Of a stretch of 64,000 nucleotides of DNA, positions 52,305 to 59,588 are shown in pieces (positions within the stretch are counted from its first letter, which is position 1; each line of letters starts with the position of its first letter). The position numbers and the translations under genes are program-made. This stretch comes from Clostridia bacterium (GTDB lineage: Bacteria; Bacillota; Clostridia; Lachnospirales; JAOARL01): NCBI GenBank assembly GCA_025210555.1, contig JAOARL010000019.1:338-64337 (forward strand), written 5' to 3'. The notes below the pieces were generated by a model. The model worked only from the letters and a program-made list of their open reading frames with translations. It searched no databases and was not told the DNA's origin.

Positions 52305-52469
52305 ATGAAAACTAATCTAAAAGATATGCTAGATTTGGAACTTAAAGCAAAAACGTTTGATTATAAATTGGATAATAGTAAGATAAAAAAATCAAAAAAA
52401 GAGGAAAAATTAAAAAAGCATTTAAAAAAGCAAATAAACAAAGAAATGCTATGTTGTTTAAAAAGTTAG
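52305..52469 (+). CDS. 54-aa Lys-rich peptide ending in CCLKS
   Basis: The ATG lies 4 nt after the upstream stop, with GAGGGGTG serving as RBS. It is too short for the supplied ORF track. Confidence 0.35.
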   Translation: MKTNLKDMLDLELKAKTFDYKLDNSKIKKSKKEEKLKKHLKKQINKEMLCCLKS

Positions 52470-52502
52470 GAAAGACATAATAAGCAAAAATTAATAGATA
52501 CT

Positions 52503-52542
52503 AAGGGCATAAAAACTAGAAGAAATTTTTATACCCTTTTTT
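52503..52542 (+). terminator. cassette-leader hairpin + U-tract, copy H5
   Basis: aagggcataaaaa...tttttataccctttttt. No att core lies in front of it. Confidence 0.7.
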
Positions 52543-52653
52543 GTTGAAGTGCAATTATGATAGAAAAAGAAAGATGACACTATTCATGTATTTATGGGGT
52601 ATCAAATTATGAGTAAATAGTTGATTTTTTGATTAATAGAGGGTGAATAAAAG

Positions 52654-53889
52654 ATGACATTAACAAAAATGAGAAGCATGATGAAAGAAATTAATGCCTT
52701 AGCAAAAAATGATGAAAAAAAGGCTAAAGAAGAATTTATCCAGCTGATAAGAGATTTACATAGTGAACGAGAATTTGAAAAAATTTTAGAATTAAGCAGA
52801 ACGGCTAATGGAAAGAAATTTAAAACTGATATTTTTGAAATTGCATATGCATATAGAGAATTAGACTATAATAATGAAGCTGAAAAGATATATAAAGAAA
52901 TATTAAAAAAATATCCTGATAATGTTGCGGTTTTAAATAATCTAACTCTTATTCTTGAAGAAAAAAATGGGATTAGAGATGCTTTTTACTTAATTGAAAA
53001 GGCGTATGCTTTAGAGCCTGAAGATGAAGTTGTTAAAAATAATTATCAAAGAATTGAAGAAAAGATAGCAGAAGTTGAAGCAAGTGAGAGGATGCAAAAA
53101 AATGCATGTTTAAATTTGGAAGATGAAAACGAATTTGTTAGGGCTAAGTTAAATGAATTTATATATAATGTAGAAAAAGATCCAGGTTACAAAAATGAGG
53201 AAATCTATATTGCAAATTGGAAGTTTAAAGTTCTTATGAAAACAAATGAGGGAATAGCTGATTCTTTAAAAATACAGTGGTTAGAAAAAGGATATATAAT
53301 TGATTTAGGGAAAAGAGATAGTAGATATGTTAAATGTTATAAGTTAAATCCGTTTTTGAAGAAATCTTTGGAAGAAATAAAACAATATGAAATAAATAAA
53401 AATTGGATTGAAAATTTTGAAAGTGTTAATAAATTAACTTTGATGAAAATAGATTATTTTAAAAATAAAGTTAGATTAAATAAAGCAAAAAGTAAATATA
53501 GAGATATGTTTTTAAGGGATTATGATGAGATAGTTCTTAATTATATTTTTAAAAATAGTAAATCGACTATTATTTTGGCAGGTTCTTTAGTTGAAATGTT
53601 ATTGATATACTACTGTGAAAAAAAGAAAGTAAAGATAATATCATATACGAGGAATAATAAAAAGGTGTCTAAAAACATTTATGATGTTCAACTTAATGAT
53701 TTACTACTATACTTTGATGAGAATAATATTTTTTCAAAACAATTATTCCATTTAGGTAATATAACAAGAATATATAGAAATTTTATTCATCCTGGAAGAG
53801 AGTTGAAAGAGTCAAATAAATTAGCTTTTTCGCAAGCTGAGATTTGTTATCAAAGTTTGAATGAAATAATAAAAACAGTAATAAGATAA
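52654..53889 (+). CDS. TPR-repeat protein with a C-terminal HEPN-like (RNFIH) module
   Basis: TPR-like AYAYRELDYNNEAEKIYKEILKKYPDNVAVLNNL. C-terminal ITRIYRNFIHPGRE. Confidence 0.6.
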   Translation: MTLTKMRSMMKEINALAKNDEKKAKEEFIQLIRDLHSEREFEKILELSRTANGKKFKTDIFEIAYAYRELDYNNEAEKIYKEILKKYPDNVAVLNNLTLILEEKNGIRDAFYLIEKAYALEPEDEVVKNNYQRIEEKIAEVEASERMQKNACLNLEDENEFVRAKLNEFIYNVEKDPGYKNEEIYIANWKFKVLMKTNEGIADSLKIQWLEKGYIIDLGKRDSRYVKCYKLNPFLKKSLEEIKQYEINKNWIENFESVNKLTLMKIDYFKNKVRLNKAKSKYRDMFLRDYDEIVLNYIFKNSKSTIILAGSLVEMLLIYYCEKKKVKIISYTRNNKKVSKNIYDVQLNDLLLYFDENNIFSKQLFHLGNITRIYRNFIHPGRELKESNKLAFSQAEICYQSLNEIIKTVIR

Positions 53890-54052
53890 TTTGTAAAATT
53901 GTGTCCAGTTTTTAAAATAGGGCGTAGTGAACCCCTATTTAGGAGAAAAGTGATAAATATAGAAAAAAGAGAAAAACTCTGAAGGCTTTATTTATAAAGC
54001 CTTCAAGTTATCTTTTCTATCGAGAGAGGTTGTGGCTAACGTTCTATACAGT

Positions 54053-54062
54053 CCATCTCCAT
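54053..54062 (+). repeat. short ssrA-core copy (ccatctccat)
   Basis: gtccatctccat is shared with 50893-50903. It lies intergenic after a terminator at 53980-54010. Confidence 0.5.
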
Positions 54063-54228
54063 TTTTTGTAATTCTTTATTTATTTTGATAAAGATATGAT
54101 AAGTATAGTTGCAAAAAAATTAAACTATGAAAAAGCTTTACAAAAAACATCGATGAAATTATAATGAAAAAGGGTGTATTTTTGTGAAGATTTTTTTTGT
54201 TAAAAAAATTAAAACAAAATATATTATC

Positions 54229-54265
54229 AAGGGCTAATTATCTAGGGATAATTGCGCCCTTTTTT
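54229..54265 (+). terminator. cassette-leader hairpin + U-tract, copy H6 (variant stem)
   Basis: aagggctaattatc tagg gataattgcgccctttttt. The conserved flanks are kept, and the stem differs from H1-H5 but still pairs. Confidence 0.65.
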
Positions 54266-54455
54266 AATAGAGAAAATATCGTGGAAGTATTGTGAAAGAT
54301 AATTTAAGCAATAGGTGGGCATACATATTTAAGTATGAAGTTAGAGCTTATACAATGAGTAGGTTTATGAAGTTTTAAAAAAATTAAATTGTTTTGAAGT
54401 ACAGGCCGCGTATTTTATTATTACCTTATAAATAATAAGAATTGGAGAGTGTAGA

Positions 54456-54899
54456 ATGACAACTAAATTGATGAATATGTGTATGATAACAAATGAAAAG
54501 GGAGAAATGCTATTTCAAGAAAGAATAAAGAGTTGGAAAGGAGCAGCATTTCCAGGGGGTAAACTGGAAGAATTAGAGAGCGTTATTGAGAGTGTAGTAA
54601 GAGAAGTTAAAGAAGAAACAGGTTTAAATGTATATGAACTTGAGTTTTGTGGATTTAAAACTTGGGTAAAAGAAGATGATAAAGTAACAAATATAGTTTT
54701 TTGTTTTAAAACTAACAAGTTTGATGGAGAACTTATTGAAGAATCTTCAGAAGGAAGACATTACTGGTTATCAAAAGATAAACTGAAAGATATAGAATTA
54801 GCAGATAACTTTGAAGCTACATTAGATTTATATTTTACAGATATGACAGAATTGGTCTGGAAAAAAGAAAACAAAAAATGGAATGAAAATCGCTATTAA
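54456..54899 (+). CDS. Nudix hydrolase
   Basis: Complete Nudix box GGKLEELESVIESVVREVKEETGL (Gx5Ex7REUxEExGU). Confidence 0.85.
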   Translation: MTTKLMNMCMITNEKGEMLFQERIKSWKGAAFPGGKLEELESVIESVVREVKEETGLNVYELEFCGFKTWVKEDDKVTNIVFCFKTNKFDGELIEESSEGRHYWLSKDKLKDIELADNFEATLDLYFTDMTELVWKKENKKWNENRY

Positions 54900-55033
54900 A
54901 TATATTTTAATTTGTTTAGTAGTTATATGAAAAATTAATTGAAAAAGTGTTATTTCATAATATTTCAAAAACAGAACTTGATTACATACGATATATGTTT
55001 TTGAGTTATATTAAAAATAAAGGAGTGTTTAAA

Positions 55034-55963
55034 ATGAGTGATAAAAGAGTAGTATGTATAGGTAATATGACCCATGATACTTTATTACGTGTTAATGATA
55101 TACCTGAACTTGATGACGTAGCGTATGTTAATGAGAACGTTGAATGTATGGGAGGAAGAGGTGCAATCGTTGCTATAGCATTGGGTAGACTGGGAATTTC
55201 AACTGATCTTATTACGTCATTACCAAGTAATGAACTAACAGATAAATATATTGAATTGTTAAATGAAAATAATGTAGAAACTAAAAATATATTTATAGAT
55301 GATAAAGCCAATAAATTATTTGAAGTGGTTGTTGCTATTTCTAAAGAACAATCAAACTGTATTTCTTTTTTTAAGCCAAGTGATATTAAATTTGAAGCGA
55401 ATCAAAAGCAAAAGGAGAAAGTTAGAGCAGCTGATATGGCGTATTTTTCAACTCATAAAAGATCTTTTAATCAAGAATTATTAAATGAAATAGATCCTCA
55501 AAAAACACAAATAATACATAATGTAAGTAGTTATTTCTTACAATCAGAAGAGTATGTTAAGTTAATGTTAGAAAAAAGTAGTGTTTTAGTTTTTAATGAA
55601 CTTGAAGCCAAAAAACTTCTTGAAAATATTCGAGAATTATCTGCAGAAACGATATTTAAAAGTGCTCCAAATCTTGATACTATTTTCATGACGTGTGGAG
55701 AATCAGGTTCAATGATATATGAAAAAACAGGCAAAGTAACTCATGTTGAAGCTAAGATGGCGACAGAAGTAATATCGCCTGTAGGAGCTGGTGATACTTA
55801 TGCAGCAGGGATTGTTTATGGAATAGCGAATGGTTGGGATAATGAATTAAGTGCTAGATTTGCTAGTGAGATAGCATGTCTTTCCGTTGAGAGTGAAACA
55901 TCATATCCAAATTTAGAAAAATTAGATGATTTAACTCTGGAATGTGGGGAGATGGACATATGA
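55034..55963 (+). CDS. PfkB-family (ribokinase-like) sugar/nucleoside kinase
   Basis: GGRGAIVAIALGRLG and the signature SPVGAGDTYAAG. The ATG at 55034 is preceded by AAAGGAGTG. Confidence 0.8.
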   Translation: MSDKRVVCIGNMTHDTLLRVNDIPELDDVAYVNENVECMGGRGAIVAIALGRLGISTDLITSLPSNELTDKYIELLNENNVETKNIFIDDKANKLFEVVVAISKEQSNCISFFKPSDIKFEANQKQKEKVRAADMAYFSTHKRSFNQELLNEIDPQKTQIIHNVSSYFLQSEEYVKLMLEKSSVLVFNELEAKKLLENIRELSAETIFKSAPNLDTIFMTCGESGSMIYEKTGKVTHVEAKMATEVISPVGAGDTYAAGIVYGIANGWDNELSARFASEIACLSVESETSYPNLEKLDDLTLECGEMDI

Positions 55964-56394
55964 AAATCTATCTAGCTGCTTCAGTATTTTCGGTTTTTGA
56001 AAGAGAGCTAAATGTGAGTATTGCGAAAATGATAACTGAGTTAGGAGGTCATTCTGTTTTTCTTCCACAAGAAGTTGCACCACCTGAAACCGAAGATGGA
56101 CTCGATATGGAATATATATATAAAGAATGTAGAGACCATATAGATTCGTCCGATGCAATTTTAGCCATTGTAGATGGTTCAGATGTAGATTCGGGAGTAG
56201 CATGGGAATTAGGATATGCTTTTGCAAAAAATGTTCCAAGTTTGTGCATTAGGACAGATATAAGAAAAGCTGAACATAATGGCGTAAACATAATGATTGA
56301 ATATGGGGCAAGTAAGACGATTCATTTAACTAAATACCATCAAAAAATAAAGGACGTTGTAGATAGAATAATTGAAGAATTGGAGGCAATATAA
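55960..56394 (+). CDS. nucleoside 2-deoxyribosyltransferase-family protein (NDT / DNPH1 / BlsM-like N-glycosidase fold)
   Basis: MKIYLAASVF...DGSDVDSGVAWELGYAFA, with the catalytic-Glu context typical of PF05014. ATGA overlap with the kinase stop. Confidence 0.7.
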   Translation: MKIYLAASVFSVFERELNVSIAKMITELGGHSVFLPQEVAPPETEDGLDMEYIYKECRDHIDSSDAILAIVDGSDVDSGVAWELGYAFAKNVPSLCIRTDIRKAEHNGVNIMIEYGASKTIHLTKYHQKIKDVVDRIIEELEAI

Positions 56395-56395
56395 T

Positions 56396-56854
56396 ATGGA
56401 GAAAAAAAAGATTTTAATGTCAATTAATACAAAGTACTCAAGAAAAATTTTTAAGGGTACTAAATTATGGGAATTTCGTAAAGCAATCCCTAGAATAGAA
56501 GAGACTGATGAATTAGAAGTTGTAGTATATTCATCACAAGAAGAGAAAGCAATTGTAGGAAGTTTTAAAGCAGGTCAAATATTGAGATGTTCACTAGATG
56601 AATTAATGGAAAAAACAGGATATAGTGATGATTCAGATGCTGTTGAATGGTTCAGTGCATACTATGGTGATAGGAAAATTTGTAGCGCCATTGAGGTTAT
56701 AGAACCGATAGAGTACGAAAAGCCGATTACACTTAACGAAATTAGAGAAGTCATTCCATCATTTAGACCTCCTCAAAATTTTGTGTACATAACATCGGAG
56801 AGTAATCTTGAAGAGGTGCTTGAACCTTTTGAAGTAGGTGAAGTAGGTGAATAA
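56396..56854 (+). CDS. ASCH (PUA-like) domain protein
   Basis: ILMSINTKYSRKIFKGTKLWEFRK...VVVYSSQEEKAIVGSF...FRPPQNFVY matches the ASCH/COG4933 pattern. Confidence 0.65.
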   Translation: MEKKKILMSINTKYSRKIFKGTKLWEFRKAIPRIEETDELEVVVYSSQEEKAIVGSFKAGQILRCSLDELMEKTGYSDDSDAVEWFSAYYGDRKICSAIEVIEPIEYEKPITLNEIREVIPSFRPPQNFVYITSESNLEEVLEPFEVGEVGE

Positions 56855-57935
56855 ATTAGTCGAACCAAAATTAAGTGTAGTTGAATTAGATAAGATAATT
56901 TTGCGTAGATTAAAAGATTATCCCGATTATCATAAAGAGTTTATTGGAGCAGTTACCAATAGTATAAAAAATGACTATGATGAGATTACAGATGATTTTG
57001 CTAAAAATCTGATCGCGGTAGATAAAAAAGGATATGATGAATTTGGATATTTTACATTGGGAAAAGATATCTGGTTGATATTTGATAAAAATACAAATGA
57101 ATTTTTAGGATTTGAGGTAATAACTAGGAAACGTGGTGGAAGTATTAAATTAGGACCAACTTATCTTAAACCTGAGGCTCGAGGGGGGGGATATGCAGTA
57201 CAAATGATAGAAGGATTATGTAGGATATATGCATCCAAGGGAGCTAGGAAAGTTTATGTTACAGCTCCATTAGGTCATAAATCTACAGCAATTTTAGATT
57301 TTAATCATTTAAATTTAAAATTAGAAGCTATACTGCATAATCATTATTCAAAAGGGTCCTCGGAAAGGATATGCGGAAAATTTATTAATGATAATTCGTC
57401 TGTAAATACAATGGTTCCACGAGTTAAAAGCGGGAATAAGAAGATTATTAATATATATGAAGATGGATTAAGGTATGTCGAATACGATGAGTTTTCAGAA
57501 TTTATAATTGAGAATATGAAGCCTAATTATAATGATATAGACCATACTTTTGTAGAATCCATTTTTAATGGTGTTAAAATGGGAATTGAAACAAAGTATG
57601 AAAAGAAAGGAAAAGTAGCATTTACTTTCTTTTCAAATGATGCATTTGAAGGTATTGCTGTCGCAGCACTTAAAAGAGGTGGAGTTTTTAAAGTCGCACC
57701 GTTCTTACTTACGGATGAATGTATTACAATGGTTAATGTAACGAATATAATTAAGAAAATTGAAGAATATGCTATGAAGTATAAAAGAAGAAAAATTACG
57801 ATTTTATTGCCTGTTCGTGATTTAAATATTGCTAATATTTTATCTCAAAATTATTTCATTTCAGAAGGTGTTTTACGAGAACCTTATAAAGATGGAGTTG
57901 ACATTGTAGTGTTTTCAAAGGAATTAAGTATATAG
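56847..57935 (+). CDS. GNAT-family acyltransferase-like protein (possibly two GNAT-like halves)
   Basis: LKPEARGGGYAVQMIEGLCRIYASKGARKVYV resembles the acyl-CoA-binding motif A. GTG start overlaps the ASCH stop by 8 nt. Confidence 0.5.
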   Translation: MNKLVEPKLSVVELDKIILRRLKDYPDYHKEFIGAVTNSIKNDYDEITDDFAKNLIAVDKKGYDEFGYFTLGKDIWLIFDKNTNEFLGFEVITRKRGGSIKLGPTYLKPEARGGGYAVQMIEGLCRIYASKGARKVYVTAPLGHKSTAILDFNHLNLKLEAILHNHYSKGSSERICGKFINDNSSVNTMVPRVKSGNKKIINIYEDGLRYVEYDEFSEFIIENMKPNYNDIDHTFVESIFNGVKMGIETKYEKKGKVAFTFFSNDAFEGIAVAALKRGGVFKVAPFLLTDECITMVNVTNIIKKIEEYAMKYKRRKITILLPVRDLNIANILSQNYFISEGVLREPYKDGVDIVVFSKELSI

Positions 57936-57954
57936 AAGAATGAGTTGATATATA

Positions 57955-59061
57955 ATGGATAGGAATATAAAAGAAAAAAAATGCAACGATTTTGAAAATC
58001 AAAAAACAGTAATGAATATTGAGGAATGGCATAATGTTGTTAATGATAAATTAGGTATTAGTGGTGGAACTATTTATAGTTCGTCAGGATCAACTGGTAA
58101 TAGTAAGAGCATAATTTATACAGATGATGTCATGAATGCTGCAGTAAGGAGAACTAAGGAATTTATAAGTTTAACTCCACTATTAAGCAATTGCAAAATA
58201 GCAATTTTGTGGGGGTATGGATTATTTCCACCAGCATCTTTTTATAATCGCGCTTTAAGTGAGATGGGAAATATTGTATATCCATTTGGATCAGGAAGAA
58301 ATTTTCCTAGTGAATTGAAAGCTACAAAATTAGGTGAAATAAAGCCAAAAGTAATTATAGGTATGCCTAGTTATATACTAAGGATATGTAATATCCTAAA
58401 AGAAAAAAAATTACTAGAAAAAGTAAGCGAAAAATTGGAGTTTATAATAACTGGTGGTGAAGTTTTGACGACCTTCTACCGTAAGACCTTGGAAGAAGAA
58501 TTTGGAGTTAAGGTCTTCGATCACTACGGCATGCTACAGGCTCCAATGATAGCAGGAGAATGTTCTGAAGGTAAAATGCATATATCTAAAGAGTATAAGT
58601 CAGAAGTCTTGATGAGCGATTCAAAAATTTCAGAGATGGGGCGAGGAATTTTATTATTGTCGAGTGAAAAAGCTTGGTTTCCGTTAGAGTTAGAACGTTT
58701 AAATGTGGAAGATAATGTAATACTGAGTAAAGATAAATGTTCTTGTGGATATGAAACACCCACTATAAAAATAATAGGAAGAAGTAACTTGAAATATAAA
58801 GTGCGAGGACAATTAGTTGATTTTGATGAATTAATAACTAGGTTGAATGTATTAGGATTTGAGAATAAATACTTTGTTGAGGTTAAAGATTTTAATAACG
58901 AATTGATATTTCATATTAGCAATGAAATATCTAAAGAGAAATTTAAAGAGGAAGTAAATAAAATTATTTCATTTACATACTTTGTTGAGAGTCATGAAAA
59001 GATTGAATTTTTACTAACAAATACAGGTAAAATTAAGCGCATAATAATTAGAAATAATTAG
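57955..59061 (+). CDS. adenylate-forming enzyme, PaaK / F390-synthetase-like (short ANL-superfamily ligase)
   Basis: SSGSTGNSKSIIYT (the P-loop-like A3 motif), ITGGEVL, DHYGMLQAP and a C-terminal NTGKIKR lysine. Confidence 0.65.
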   Translation: MDRNIKEKKCNDFENQKTVMNIEEWHNVVNDKLGISGGTIYSSSGSTGNSKSIIYTDDVMNAAVRRTKEFISLTPLLSNCKIAILWGYGLFPPASFYNRALSEMGNIVYPFGSGRNFPSELKATKLGEIKPKVIIGMPSYILRICNILKEKKLLEKVSEKLEFIITGGEVLTTFYRKTLEEEFGVKVFDHYGMLQAPMIAGECSEGKMHISKEYKSEVLMSDSKISEMGRGILLLSSEKAWFPLELERLNVEDNVILSKDKCSCGYETPTIKIIGRSNLKYKVRGQLVDFDELITRLNVLGFENKYFVEVKDFNNELIFHISNEISKEKFKEEVNKIISFTYFVESHEKIEFLLTNTGKIKRIIIRNN

Positions 59062-59588
59062 AATCAATTTTTTGAAGAATAAAAGTAGTGAAATAGTAAA
59101 ATTGACTATTATATAACACAAATAATTAGAATATATTATAAGGCTAGGCATAAATAAATTTGTGTCAGCCTTTTTTTGAAAAAGGAAAAGTTAAGATGTC
59201 GGAATATATATTTGAATTTAAATAAAAACTTCTAACGCCAAAATAGAACAAAACGTAACAAAGATTCATGTACAAATAATAAAAAGGTTGGAAAAGCTTT
59301 TGTGAATGGGAGAGTTGGAAGCCGAAAGAATCTAAACAAAGAAACATATAGCTATAGGTGGTTTGACTCCCCTCAGCGTGTCGAACTCCGTATAGTTATC
59401 ATAATTATGATAACACTAATATTATTAGAAGAGATATAGTCTAGATAGAATGATAGTATATGGTAAAACTAACAAAAAACAGAATATTGCGAAATATAGC
59501 ATTCTGTGTTACAATTGTATAAATTAATGAGAAAATAACGTTATTCGTTATTTTTTTGTTTTCAAATAATTAACTGAATGGAGAATAT

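Larger units (their letters stand above)
33320..59395. mobile_element. ssrA-anchored composite genomic island (tandem att-bounded cassettes; defence-type cargo)
   Basis: It starts at the tmRNA 3' end and contains repeated copies of the ssrA 3' core, one tyrosine integrase, a phage replisome-organizer gene and conserved cassette end modules. The distal boundary is tentative: a degenerate T-arm-like ggtttgactcccctc at 59360-59374. Confidence 0.7.

Noticed and set aside
55299-56291. Alternative-frame and antisense ORFs inside the PfkB and NDT genes (55299-55484 +, 55531-55734 -, 55931-56239 -, 56049-56291 -).
   Set aside because: They lie inside genes with clear family signatures, and they have no RBS or motif.
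59357-59395. A T-arm-like sequence considered as a possible tRNA gene.
   Set aside because: No acceptor, D or anticodon arms can be formed from the flanking sequence. It is treated as an eroded att remnant.
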